Of a DNA stretch of 64,000 nucleotides, positions 40,063 through 50,212 are shown in pieces (position 1 is the stretch's first letter; every line of letters starts with the position of its first letter). Source of the DNA: an uncultured Lentisphaerales bacterium. GTDB taxonomy: Bacteria; Verrucomicrobiota; Lentisphaeria; JABSQK01; UBA12247. The stretch covers positions 144,170 to 208,169 of the forward strand of contig CALSSJ010000011.1 of assembly GCA_943788985.1 (NCBI GenBank), read 5' to 3'. The notes under the pieces are model-generated. The model was not told the origin of the DNA. It saw only the letters and a list, made by a program, of their open reading frames with translations, and searched no databases. A program made the position numbers and the translations under genes.

Positions 40063-42072
40063 TCAGTGCTGTCTCGCGCGCTGAACGGTCTGAAGAATGT
40101 CTTCCACTCGCACCCGCCTGGGCAACTCGTTGCTAAAAGCATCAGACAGGGTCCGCAGGTCGCCGCGGGTAAAGGTCTGGCTGGCCGGTAACCTGCGCAA
40201 GGCTTCCCCAGCCATAGCAGCCAGCTGAAACCCAGCTGAACCCTTTGACAGCTCTGCGCGGGCGAACTCGGTCGTACAAGAGCGAAACGCTTCCTTGCCA
40301 CGCACGCCACCGTGATCGTAGAGAACTTTGAAGTCCGCCAGACGTTCGCCAGAACCGAGGGCACGTTTCAGCTCGACCTCGTAAAGATACGTCAAGGATT
40401 TTCCCTCACTCAGCTCGGGGGCCATTTGAACGTTATGGTTTGCCGCGATCCATTTGGCATCACGCGTCACGAGGCGAGCGCGGGCCACGATCTGCTTGTT
40501 GAAGGTGACGGTCATCATCAGGTTGGCACCCGTTACCCGCCCTCGTGACTCTACAGCCCGTGCCACATCCTGGCTGCTGGGGGAGCTGCCGCTGCTGACG
40601 GGGAATACTTTTGCGCCATAGAGTGCCGCAGCTCGGGCAGCAACGGGATTTGCCGCTGGGTTTTCTCCGATCGGAATCGCTAGAACCTCGATGTCACTTA
40701 GCGGTTTCGGCCATCTGTCCGGGGTCATCATGGTCGATCGATCGTCTGCGTTGATCATCATGATGACGCGGCGGAGTTTGTCTGATGGAGATTTGCTGGT
40801 GAAGGCCTCGTGCATCGCGCCCGACCAATCTACATCGCGGACGGGACGCGATTTCAACGCAGTGCGCAACATGCGTTCCTGAGTCGAGGGGACGTTCTCA
40901 GCAATCTTCTGGAACTGGTGGCCACAGCTGACCATGGTGATTCGTGTCGTTTCGGTCATGCCGCGCAACATGCGCTCGATCAGCCAATGGGCACGATTGA
41001 TGCCCTGCAGGTCGGACATGGGCGGGATACAGATGTAGGTAGTCTCTGGGTCGACCTTTTCTCCCTGCTGTCCGGGAGAGATTACGGCGATGCGCAACAG
41101 GTGCAGCCCGGGATTGAATGGCGAGGGCGCGTATTCCATTTGAATGCCAAGCTCACCGCTGTTTCCGTGGGGGCGATACCGATAGTCGAAGGCATTGAAG
41201 AACTCTGAATCCTTGACTCGAATCCGATCATTGCTTGACGGACTTGGGAGGACCATTGCCGGCGCGGCGCGGCGAGTTGTCGGTGGTAGAGCGTATTGGC
41301 TTGCCTGGGTTGCAGGTGCCGAGGCGGCCCCCGAGGCTTGGTGAGGCGATGCTGTCTGGAAGGGCGTGTCGCGCAGGCTCCGCTTTTCCGTGGCATCCGC
41401 GATGTTCATGAGTACGGATTGCCTCTGAGCTTGCGGCTGAACTGTTGGCGAAGCATACAGGGGGTTCCCTGCCTGGCCTCCGGTGGCCGTCGGGTAGTTG
41501 CTCGCGGCTGATTGGCTGGGCGGCGGCGGGCTGGGAGAAGAGGATTGATTGTGGGCCAGTGCTGGGGGCGACGCTGAGGGCTGGGCTGCACCAATCGGCT
41601 GCTGTGGCGGTGGCTGCGCTGCCGGTTGAGCCCTCAGTCGCGCGGGCGGCGGCTGTCGCGGTGACCGCTCATCGAGCCGTGCTTCGTTGGCCTTGGTGAT
41701 CGCATCAATATAGCCCTGCTGTTTCTCGTTTGGACTATCGATGCCCGAACGAATGATTGTGATGACTGCTGTTAGCATCACTAGGAAAGCGACGAGCACG
41801 CCCGCAACCACGTGACGCGAAGAGTTTAGCAGCATCACCGGATGGAGCCGCTCGTGCGATCGAATCTTCGGCGTAGGTCTTCGGCTGTGATTATGGCTTG
41901 GCACGTGGTCATCATGGACCACCGCGCCAATCTCCGCAAATAACTTGCGGCAGTCGGAGCATTCCGTGAGATGGCTGTCGATTTCGCGCTTCTCAGAGCG
42001 GGTCAACGCCCCTGATACGTACTCGGGGAGGCGTGATTTTACTCGGGCGCAGATTGGGTTGGTCGTACTCAT
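40063..42072 (-). CDS. Zinc anti-sigma (zf-HC2) domain + TM + Pro-rich linker + degenerate YfbK/vWA-like domain
   Basis: CARVKSRLPEYVSG..HLTECSDC (HxxxCxxC); TM; IRVKDSEFFNAFDYRY, APSPFNPG..LLRIAV, VTFN..V..RL, GKSLTYLYEVEL. Confidence 0.72.
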   Translation of the reverse strand: MSTTNPICARVKSRLPEYVSGALTRSEKREIDSHLTECSDCRKLFAEIGAVVHDDHVPSHNHSRRPTPKIRSHERLHPVMLLNSSRHVVAGVLVAFLVMLTAVITIIRSGIDSPNEKQQGYIDAITKANEARLDERSPRQPPPARLRAQPAAQPPPQQPIGAAQPSASPPALAHNQSSSPSPPPPSQSAASNYPTATGGQAGNPLYASPTVQPQAQRQSVLMNIADATEKRSLRDTPFQTASPHQASGAASAPATQASQYALPPTTRRAAPAMVLPSPSSNDRIRVKDSEFFNAFDYRYRPHGNSGELGIQMEYAPSPFNPGLHLLRIAVISPGQQGEKVDPETTYICIPPMSDLQGINRAHWLIERMLRGMTETTRITMVSCGHQFQKIAENVPSTQERMLRTALKSRPVRDVDWSGAMHEAFTSKSPSDKLRRVIMMINADDRSTMMTPDRWPKPLSDIEVLAIPIGENPAANPVAARAAALYGAKVFPVSSGSSPSSQDVARAVESRGRVTGANLMMTVTFNKQIVARARLVTRDAKWIAANHNVQMAPELSEGKSLTYLYEVELKRALGSGERLADFKVLYDHGGVRGKEAFRSCTTEFARAELSKGSAGFQLAAMAGEALRRLPASQTFTRGDLRTLSDAFSNELPRRVRVEDILQTVQRARQH

Positions 42073-42242
42073 TGCAGAAGGCCGTTGGCGTGCGAAACTA
42101 TGGTGCGCTTCAGCGCCATGCGGCAAAAGCTCTTTGGGTCGGTTGAACGGTCAAATTGATTGGTTCCCACTACAAGGAATGCCGATCGGGGCGGATGAGC
42201 GTGTGCTCTAAAGCTCCCTAATATAGCGGCGTCCTCTCTCGA

Positions 42243-42990
42243 TTGCCACAAAAGGAGTTGCCCTCGCAGCCTGTAATGCGCCCTGAAACGGCCCGTCCAC
42301 TGGTAGTTTGGGCATGGGCTGGCACAAATGTTATGGTCGTTATTGCGGTAAATATTGGCCTGGCGCCAGCGTTTTTTTTCGCCATTCATCGTCTTCCGGG
42401 TGGTGACAACGCTGGCCACGTCTTTCCGATTGGCATTCTCTGCGTCTTAATTAATGCACGGTTGGATCTGGGGGCATGGCGTCTTGGAGGCCTAATTCTA
42501 CCGAAGGGTTCCTGCGTTTTGGCCGCGGTCGTATTCGGCGAAGAACTGTCGCAGCATTTTCTGCTGCGCCGTACCTGTGCCTTAGAGGGATCCTCTGGCG
42601 GACTTCGCAGTAATCGTGGTCTTCACCCTTGCCGCAGTTCGGTGCCGCCGCCCGGCGAGCGGGGCGGACTCCAGATGAGTATTCTGCGTCTTTGTCTGCT
42701 GCTGGTCTATTTTGCTGGACTGACCAAGCACTTTCTGCACGGGGTTTATTTCTGCTGCGCTTCGGATTTGAGCGTTTAATCGGGCTGGACCACGCGAGCA
42801 GTTTTCCGTTTTCCTGCTTCACGGAGGTGAACAGCAATGGGGGAATGCCTGTGTGCCTGGTCGGCGCTACGGCCTTGCGGGAGTTTTTCGGATGCTTTGT
42901 CCGGACGTTCGCCGTGATCGGGGTTGCCCATTGGTGGCCACCCACTGCGCCGGCTGCCTCGGGGCAGACTATGAGGCCTGACGGCCGCCG
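42243..42990 (+). pseudogene. Possible decayed polytopic membrane protein (Wzy-like remnant)
   Basis: Hydrophobic stretches spread over several + frames; FTEVNSNGGMPVCLVG..FFG loosely resembles polysaccharide polymerase C-termini. Confidence 0.3.
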
Positions 42991-42993
42991 CTG

Positions 42994-44364
42994 GTGAGAC
43001 TGCTTTTCGTCGGCCTGATTCTTTTGGCGGGTTGGGGAGTGCTTGGCTTCACTGCCTTTGGTGCGCTGCGCAGGCATCTGCCGGAATCCGCCAAAACCGA
43101 ACTCCACGAAATGATTCAAGCTGCTGAGTCGGGGGGATCGCACTGCGGTGGCTACGGAGAAAGCAGGGGCGTTTCTGGCGCGGGCAGGGTCACTAGCAGA
43201 CGCTGGCGACCTCAGCGCCGCCGTGTTGGAATACCGCAATGCGTTGCGCCTTTCCTCGGATGATCCGTAGACCTTATTGCGGCCCGCCGAGTCACAGCTG
43301 GCAATCGATGAGGATCACGGCGCGTTGCGTAGCTTGCACGCGGCAGTCGCGGTTCTCCCCATCCCACACACCGTGCAACTCGCGGCACGCGCGCCTGCAC
43401 GAAAGTAAGGCGGGCCTGCGCCATGCTCGCGCCGCGCTTGCGCAGCAACCGGCCAACGTCGAAGCCCTGGTCCGGACAGGGCTGGCGCTGGCTGCCACCT
43501 CAGCTGTTGGTGAAGCCAACGCTGTGGCGGCTCAGCTTGAGGCGATGAACCCGAAGTCGCCCGACCTCCTTGTCCTCGTGCGTCTTGCAGAGTTGGCCAT
43601 CGCGGCCGGCAATCCAGACAAAGACTACGAGTTGCGGCAGCAGGCACATGAACGGGCACCCAGCGGCCTGCGTGCTCGCTTTGGTCCGGCGAAACTCACG
43701 CTCTCCATGCGCCTGTGCTTGCCCCGCAGCCCCACTGCGATGCCATCTCGCAGTGAGGGCGCAGCACATTGCCACGTTAGCTTATTGCTGGCCTGACCTA
43801 CGCAGCGAAGGGCCAGGTGACGGGCGCCGCAGAGGAGGTCCGCATCGGTCTTGGCTTAAGGCCGCCCGAGGCACGGCTTCACCTGCAATGTATTCTCAGG
43901 GGCAGCCGGCAGGGTGCAGATCAAGAGGCTGCGGTCTTTTTGGACCTTGTGACACGGTATACGACGCTCTCAGTGAGCGAACGGGCCCAGTGTACAATGC
44001 TATGGGAGCAGGTCGGGGATCATAAACGCGCCGAAGAAAATTACCGGTCTTACTTAGAACGGGCCCAGACTCGCTAGCCGTCCTCGATAATCTGGCAGAG
44101 CTTCCGTTGGCTTCGAAGCGGGGACCTGAGGCACGTTCGCTCGCACTGCGCGCTGCTGACCTGGCACCGGATAACCAGCTCATCCTTGAAACCGCTGGCC
44201 GGGCCTGCTTGGAGCAGGCGGACCATGAGGGGGCCCGTCTTTATCGCGGCCAGGCGTTCGCGCAGTTGAGACCGCCTGATGCCGCGCTCTCGCTTCTCGA
44301 AGTATGCTTTGCACTTGACGTCAGAGCGCGAGTGGACACGTTTTGCGCCTTAGATTGCGTGTGA
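42994..44364 (+). pseudogene. Fragmented TPR-repeat protein
   Basis: TPR-like pieces in successive frames: ALAQQPANVEALVRTGLAL, WEQVGDHKRAEENYRSYL, VLDNLA..RAADLAPDNQLILETAG; N-terminal hydrophobic segment. Confidence 0.6.
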
Positions 44365-44530
44365 GCTCTCGCGTGCTCACTCGGCAATAAAAACACGTCC
44401 GTGATCGTACCCAGAGCGTTAAGGAGGCTGCTACCCAGTTTCATCCCAGGCGAAACTGACACTCAGCCAGCTGGCTGCTATTTTTTATCGTACCATTTCT
44501 ATCCCGCAAACCCAGTAATTGAGGAACATC

Positions 44531-45943
44531 ATGTCCATCAATGCACTCCGAACAGCCCTGTTTCTTGCGATGCTCAGCATCGCAGCATTCGGCGCTACTG
44601 AAGTCGTCAACTCCGACTTAGCCACCCTTACTAAGACTGCCCCCGACAAAGTTGTCGTAGGCGAAGAATACGCGGTGGAACTCACCATCCGCGCAAACGC
44701 CAACGTTGGCGACGTCACCGTCACTGACCAGGTCCCAGAAGGGGCACGCTTAGTCCGTACCGAGCCGAAAGCCGAAGTGGTTGGCAATACCGTAACTTGG
44801 AAGACTGCCGAGTTGGCTGCTGGCTCTGCCACCACAATGACTCTGGTGCTCTCCGCACTTGGTGATGGCGAACTCAGCTCCTGCGCGACCTTCTCAGTGG
44901 TTCCCGTCGCTTGTGTGACAACCCGCGTCGGTCGCCCGGCACTGGCCATCACCAAGACTGGGCCTGAGATGGCGATCCTAAATGACATGATCACCTACGA
45001 TGTGACTGTGACCAACACTGGCACCGCCGTTGCACGCAACGTGGTCGTCACTGACAACGTGCCAGACGGCCTCGAGCACGCAGGTGGCAAAGCTCTCATC
45101 TTTGAACTCGGCAACCTCGCTCCCGGTGAAAGCCGCAGCATTCCCGTCACTTGCAAGGCCGCAGCCCGTGGTCGTCACTGCAACACTGCGGTTGCCAAGT
45201 CCTCCAATGTCGGCGAAGTTACCGCGCAGGCTTGCACCAAGGTGCTGATTCGCGGTCTGGAAATTGCCAAGACTGGCATTCCCGTACAATTCCTCGGCAA
45301 GACTGCTGGCTACACCATCGTGGCGAAGAACACGGGTGACACCGACCTTACAAACGTGATTGTCACTGACACCGCACCGGCCGGAACCCGCATCATCTCC
45401 GCTGAGGGTGCCACCGTTGCTGGCAATGTCGCTACCTGGACCGTCGCCAATTTCGGTGCTGGCCAGAGTAAGACCTACAAGCTGGTACTCACCTCCCGTC
45501 AGGCAGGCACGCACTGCAACAACGTAAACGTTACGTCTACAGAAGGCCTCACTGCAGAATCGCAGGCATGCACCGACTGGAAGGGCCATCCGGCCTTGCT
45601 CTTGGAAGTGATCGACACAGTTGATCCGCTGCTCCCGGGCGAACAGACCACTTACCTCATCAAAGTGACCAACCAGGGAACAGCTAGCGATACCAACGTA
45701 TCTGTTGCTGCTGCCTTCCCCGCGCAGATCACCCCAATCTCCGCAGCTGGTCACACCGATGCTAAAGTGAGCGGCAAGAACGTGACCGTTACGCCATATC
45801 CGGAGCTCGGCCCAGGTCAGTTCATCGAATGGCAGATCCAGGCTAAGGCTGATACCGCTGGCGATTCACGCCTGAAAGTAAAGCTGTCTTCCAGCTTGCT
45901 GAAGACGCCTGTTACCGAAGAAGAAAGTACCCACGTTTACTAA
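44531..45943 (+). CDS. OmcB-like secreted DUF11-repeat (Ig-like) protein
   Basis: Signal peptide; four repeats of ITKTGP..Y.V.VTNTG..A.NVVVTD; WKGHPALLLEVIDTVDPL..GEQTTY.I.VTNQG and terminal EEESTHVY resemble the chlamydial OmcB C-terminus; RBS GAGG. Confidence 0.85.
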   Translation: MSINALRTALFLAMLSIAAFGATEVVNSDLATLTKTAPDKVVVGEEYAVELTIRANANVGDVTVTDQVPEGARLVRTEPKAEVVGNTVTWKTAELAAGSATTMTLVLSALGDGELSSCATFSVVPVACVTTRVGRPALAITKTGPEMAILNDMITYDVTVTNTGTAVARNVVVTDNVPDGLEHAGGKALIFELGNLAPGESRSIPVTCKAAARGRHCNTAVAKSSNVGEVTAQACTKVLIRGLEIAKTGIPVQFLGKTAGYTIVAKNTGDTDLTNVIVTDTAPAGTRIISAEGATVAGNVATWTVANFGAGQSKTYKLVLTSRQAGTHCNNVNVTSTEGLTAESQACTDWKGHPALLLEVIDTVDPLLPGEQTTYLIKVTNQGTASDTNVSVAAAFPAQITPISAAGHTDAKVSGKNVTVTPYPELGPGQFIEWQIQAKADTAGDSRLKVKLSSSLLKTPVTEEESTHVY

Positions 45944-45954
45944 GTTAGGAGCAA

Positions 45955-48201
45955 ATGATGAGTAAATATCTGCAATTTCTCTGCATCGCTGTTGGTTTGG
46001 TCGTCGCTCCGGCGATGGCCCAAGCACCGGCTGTTTCCGCCCCGCCTTTTGCCGATGATGCGTACTCTTTTTACGTGTTCGGTCCCAATGGTGGACGTCT
46101 CGCTGGTCGTGAAGATTCGATTCAGGTCGTATTCGCTCGCGTTCCGACTGATTCCGCAGGTCAAATCTCGCTGCAAGTCTATGACCCCGCATCGGGAAGT
46201 GCCATGGAAAAGCGGTCCTCGCTGTTCAGCGGCCCAATCACCACTCGTTTCTCCGTCTATGGCGGGAAGGGTGCATACACGGGGTCACAGACCACGCGGC
46301 CGACCAGCGATCAGGCTGGTACCGTTCTGGCTGATCAGACATTCGTCGAGGAGAATCGTGGCGAGTGGGTCAGCTTTGGTCCCTTCGATCGCAGTGCCGG
46401 TGAGACCGTTGATGGACACACCTACTTCAAAATCGTCGCTCACGCTCAGGATGGTCGCGGTCCGAACATGTTCCGTGTCGGATCGTCCAACGAAGCCACG
46501 GAGTTCTTCGCCTACGATCTGACCGTACATTTCGTCCGCGATCGCGGTGAAATTATGCGCTATCAGGTCGAACTGCCTGCTGGTCTTGATGCCCTCGTCG
46601 AGAACAACTTCGACGTGGACAAAGGTGGTAAGGTCTACCTAGAGGACATGAATCTTCGCGCCTCTGCGTCCGGAGCCTGGCGTCGTAACCCGGTCAGCGT
46701 GCACCCGGCAGCGGGTCTGACTCGGCTACCTTACAACGTCGTGAAGGACATTCAGGGCTACGCGAATGCTGGCTTCTACTTTGAATCCACCGATGGTGTG
46801 GCACTGAAGACCTTCTTTGCTGATGCTCCTGCACCTGCCCTGACCGGAAACTGTGCCACTGCACAATCCTTCCAGGTCTCTGCGACCAAGTGCATGCCGA
46901 CCGATGTGACGATCAACGAGGAATTCACCTACAACTTGCGCGTGGACGCATCCGGGACTGCCGGGAACGTTCGCCTGCGGGATCAGCTGATGGAAGGCGT
47001 GCGTTATGTCTCCAGCGAGCCTGAGGCCACCAAGACCGGCAACACCCTGACTTGGGCCTGGGAGCAACTGCACGGCGGCGATACCAAGACCATCACGGTT
47101 ACGGTTGTGCCAGAGAAGGAAGGCGACCTAAAGAACTGCATCCAGATCCTGTCGGATCCAATGTTGTGCTTGACGACGATCGCTGGTTCGCCCAAGCTGA
47201 CCATTGCCAAGACGGGGCCTGCTCAGGCACTGATTAACTCGGAAGTCGAGTACAGCGTCACCGTAAGCAACGTCGGCACTGCCGTCGCACGCAACGTCGT
47301 CGTTACTGACAAGCTACCCGATGCATTGTCCCACGCTTCACAGCAGAAGGCCATTCGCTTCGAACTTGGTGACCTTGAGGCTGGTGCCTCCCGCCAGATT
47401 CCTGTGCGTGTGACCGCAACGCAGCGCGGCAACCACTGCAACAGTGCCACCGCAGAATCGAGCAACGCGCCCAGCGTCGAAGCTCAGGCTTGCACGAAAG
47501 TTGTGCAGCAGGCACTCACGATCAAGAAGACTGGTACACCTTTGCAGTTCTTGGGTAAAGTTGCCACCTACAAGATCGTCGTCAACAATCCTGGTGATGT
47601 CGCTCTCACGAACGTAGTGGTCGTCGACAGCGCACCTGCTGGAACCAAGATTGTTGCGGCACCGGATGCTGCCGTGAACGGCAATCTGGCCACGTGGAGT
47701 CTCGGTACTGTTGGTGCTGGCAAGTCCAAGACCCTTACGCTCAAGTTGACCTCCCGTACTCCGGGCAACCTGTGTAACAACGTAAGCGTCAGCAGCGCCG
47801 AAGGTCCCGCCGCGGATTCCCAGGCATGCACCGAGTGGAAAGGTCATCCGGCCCTGTTGCTGGAAGTTGTGGATCGTGTTGATCCGCTGCTGCCAGGCGA
47901 AACCACGACCTACATCATCAACGTGACCAACCAGGGCACCGCTCCGGATACACAGATTGCAGTCGAAGCCAACTTCCCGGCTGAGATTACGCCTCTCTCC
48001 GCCAGCGGCGCAACCGAGGCAACCGTAAGCGGCAAGAAAGTTACCGTCGTCGCTTATCCCGTCTTGCAACCTGGTCAACGCATTGAGTGGCAGATCGAGG
48101 CTAAGGCCGTCAAGGCTGGCGACTCTCGTCTGAAACTCGGCCTGACCAGCAAGCTTCTCAAGACGCCTGTGATGGAAGAAGAAAGTACCCACGTGTACTG
48201 A
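45955..48201 (+). CDS. OmcB-like DUF11-repeat protein with an extra N-terminal domain of about 270 aa
   Basis: Signal peptide; C-terminal part clearly paralogous to the upstream gene with the same EEESTHVY end; RBS AGGAG. Confidence 0.85.
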   Translation: MMSKYLQFLCIAVGLVVAPAMAQAPAVSAPPFADDAYSFYVFGPNGGRLAGREDSIQVVFARVPTDSAGQISLQVYDPASGSAMEKRSSLFSGPITTRFSVYGGKGAYTGSQTTRPTSDQAGTVLADQTFVEENRGEWVSFGPFDRSAGETVDGHTYFKIVAHAQDGRGPNMFRVGSSNEATEFFAYDLTVHFVRDRGEIMRYQVELPAGLDALVENNFDVDKGGKVYLEDMNLRASASGAWRRNPVSVHPAAGLTRLPYNVVKDIQGYANAGFYFESTDGVALKTFFADAPAPALTGNCATAQSFQVSATKCMPTDVTINEEFTYNLRVDASGTAGNVRLRDQLMEGVRYVSSEPEATKTGNTLTWAWEQLHGGDTKTITVTVVPEKEGDLKNCIQILSDPMLCLTTIAGSPKLTIAKTGPAQALINSEVEYSVTVSNVGTAVARNVVVTDKLPDALSHASQQKAIRFELGDLEAGASRQIPVRVTATQRGNHCNSATAESSNAPSVEAQACTKVVQQALTIKKTGTPLQFLGKVATYKIVVNNPGDVALTNVVVVDSAPAGTKIVAAPDAAVNGNLATWSLGTVGAGKSKTLTLKLTSRTPGNLCNNVSVSSAEGPAADSQACTEWKGHPALLLEVVDRVDPLLPGETTTYIINVTNQGTAPDTQIAVEANFPAEITPLSASGATEATVSGKKVTVVAYPVLQPGQRIEWQIEAKAVKAGDSRLKLGLTSKLLKTPVMEEESTHVY

Positions 48202-48228
48202 TTCGTTCCATCGCGCGTTGAGCGCATG

Positions 48229-48261
48229 AGGCCGGCGTCCTTCGGGGCGCCGGCCTTTTTT
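48229..48261 (+). terminator. Rho-independent terminator
   Basis: AGGCCGGCGTCC-TTCG-GGGCGCCGGCCT stem with cUUCGg loop, followed by a T-run. Confidence 0.92.
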
Positions 48262-48376
48262 GTGCCCGGGCTCGCAAGCAATCTCGGCTGCGGCATCCGC
48301 AATTACAGGTTTCAGTTTGGCGAAGCGGTAATAATGTGTAATCTCCATGCTTACTCGCCATCCAGTTGAGGGAAAG

Positions 48377-49441
48377 ATGCACGCGGACTCTACCGTTCTG
48401 GTCACAGGCGGCGCCGGATTTATCGGCTCCAATTTTATTCACCAACTTCGCAGCAAGTCGCGATGCCGGGTCGTGAATCTGGACGCGCTTACCTACGCGG
48501 GAAATCCAGATAACCTCGCGGACCTCGCAAGCGATTCTGGCTACAGCTTTGTCCACGGCTCGATTACCGATGCTGACTGCGTGGCCGCGACACTGCGCAC
48601 ACACCGGCCAGTTGCGATTGTGAATTTTGCTGCCGAATCCCATGTCGATCGTTCGATCGACAATCCCCTTTCCTTCGTCGAGACCAACGTTGTCGGCGTA
48701 CAGATATTGCTCGATGCGGCACGAGAATTCACTGCCGGATTAAATGATGCCGAACGCCAGAAATTTCGCTTTTTACAGGTGTCCACCGATGAAGTCTTTG
48801 GCTCGCTCGGGGCCACCGGGACGTTCAGTGAGAACACGCACTACGCACCCAATTCTCCCTACGCCGCCTCGAAGGCAGCTGCGGATCACCTGGTGCAGGC
48901 CACAGGGACGACCTTTGGTCTCCCGACCCTCATCACGAACTGCTCCAATAATTACGGGCCCTATCAGTTTCCTGAGAAGCTGATCCCGCTTATGATTCAG
49001 GCAGCACTGAATGGCCGGCCTCTTCCTGTGTATGGCGACGGCATGCAGATCCGCGACTGGTTGCACGTCTCCGACCATTGTCAGGCGCTCTGGCGTGTGT
49101 TGACCGCAGGTGAAGTGGGCAGGACCTACTGTGTCGGCGGCAACTCCGAAGTCCCGAACATCACGGTGGTGCAGACCATGTGTGACATACTCGACGACCT
49201 GGCACCTCGCGCTGACGGCCAGTCGCATCGCACATCGATCACCTATGTCACCGACCGCCCCGGGCATGACCGTCGCTATGCCATTGATGCCTCACGAATC
49301 GCAGATGAACTCAGCTGGGAGCCAGAGCAGACTTTTCGGTGCGGACTCCGCAACACGGTTGAATGGTATCTGGCGAACCAGAGTTGGTGTGACCGGGTCA
49401 GTTCCGGCGCCTATCGTGGTGAACGGCTGGGGCTGGGATGA
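48377..49441 (+). CDS. rfbB: dTDP-glucose 4,6-dehydratase
   Basis: VTGGAGFIGSNF, DALTYAGN, AAESHVDRSI, VSTDEVFG, PYAASKA, DRPGHDRRYA. Confidence 0.97.
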   Translation: MHADSTVLVTGGAGFIGSNFIHQLRSKSRCRVVNLDALTYAGNPDNLADLASDSGYSFVHGSITDADCVAATLRTHRPVAIVNFAAESHVDRSIDNPLSFVETNVVGVQILLDAAREFTAGLNDAERQKFRFLQVSTDEVFGSLGATGTFSENTHYAPNSPYAASKAAADHLVQATGTTFGLPTLITNCSNNYGPYQFPEKLIPLMIQAALNGRPLPVYGDGMQIRDWLHVSDHCQALWRVLTAGEVGRTYCVGGNSEVPNITVVQTMCDILDDLAPRADGQSHRTSITYVTDRPGHDRRYAIDASRIADELSWEPEQTFRCGLRNTVEWYLANQSWCDRVSSGAYRGERLGLG

Positions 49442-49782
49442 GCCTGGTCCCAGAGTCAGACGAAGTGCTGCTCTCGCAGTGTGACGTCACGGTCTTCCGC
49501 TCCGGCGGCCCGGGCGGCCAGCATGCCAATGTCACCGACAGTGCCGTGCGCATGTCGCACCGGCCGAGCGGAATTGTGGTGGTCAGCAGACGCGAGCGTA
49601 GCCAGTTCGTCAACCGGCAGTTGTGTCTTGAGCGCCTGCGGGAAAAGTTAATCAGTATCCGCAAGACCCGGAAAAAGCGCGTCCCGACGCGTCCGACCCG
49701 GGGAAGCAAGGAGCGACGCCTCGACGGTAAACGCAAGCAAAGCGACAAGAAGCGTTCGCGACGAAACACAGACAATTCCTGA
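49438..49782 (+). CDS. arfB: Alternative ribosome rescue peptidyl-tRNA hydrolase (ArfB-like)
   Basis: RSGGPGGQHAN (GGQ), ERSQFVN, basic tail RVPTRPTRGSKERRL. Confidence 0.88.
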   Translation: MSLVPESDEVLLSQCDVTVFRSGGPGGQHANVTDSAVRMSHRPSGIVVVSRRERSQFVNRQLCLERLREKLISIRKTRKKRVPTRPTRGSKERRLDGKRKQSDKKRSRRNTDNS

Positions 49783-49798
49783 ACCATGAGATCGACAT

Positions 49799-50212
49799 AT
49801 GTCTGATGCTAACGACCAGACGGCCGATCTGACCTTACTCGGCCAGACCCGGACCCTATATCCAGAAGAACCCAGCGTAGATATTCTGGAAACCTTCCCC
49901 AATCGATTCGCCCATCGCGACTACTGGATTCACTTTGTGTGTCCCGAGTTTACCGCGCGTTGCCCCGTGACCAATCAGCCCGATTTCGGCAGTATCTCCA
50001 TTCGCTACATTGCCGATGAACGGTGCATCGAGAGCAAGTCGCTCAAGCTGTACCTCTTCAGCTTTCGTAATTTCAATACCTTCCACGAGGACTCGGTCAA
50101 TCACATCCTCGATGACCTGATCGCCGCTTGCAACCCACGCAAGGCCATCGTCGAAGGTACCTTTAATGCCCGAGGCGGCATCAGCATTCACGTCACAGCG
50201 GAATCGCCCTGA
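49799..50212 (+). CDS. queF: PreQ1 synthase (7-cyano-7-deazaguanine reductase)
   Basis: PEFTARCPVTNQPDF, ESKSLKLYLFSFRN, FHE, FNARGGI. Confidence 0.96.
   Translation: MSDANDQTADLTLLGQTRTLYPEEPSVDILETFPNRFAHRDYWIHFVCPEFTARCPVTNQPDFGSISIRYIADERCIESKSLKLYLFSFRNFNTFHEDSVNHILDDLIAACNPRKAIVEGTFNARGGISIHVTAESP

Noticed and set aside
42451..43239. 262-aa minus-strand ORF as the missing ECF sigma factor
   Set aside because: No sigma region 2 or 4 motifs; composition looks like non-coding or shadow translation
49783..49798. PreQ1 riboswitch upstream of queF
   Set aside because: Only 16 nt of intergenic space and no recognisable aptamer
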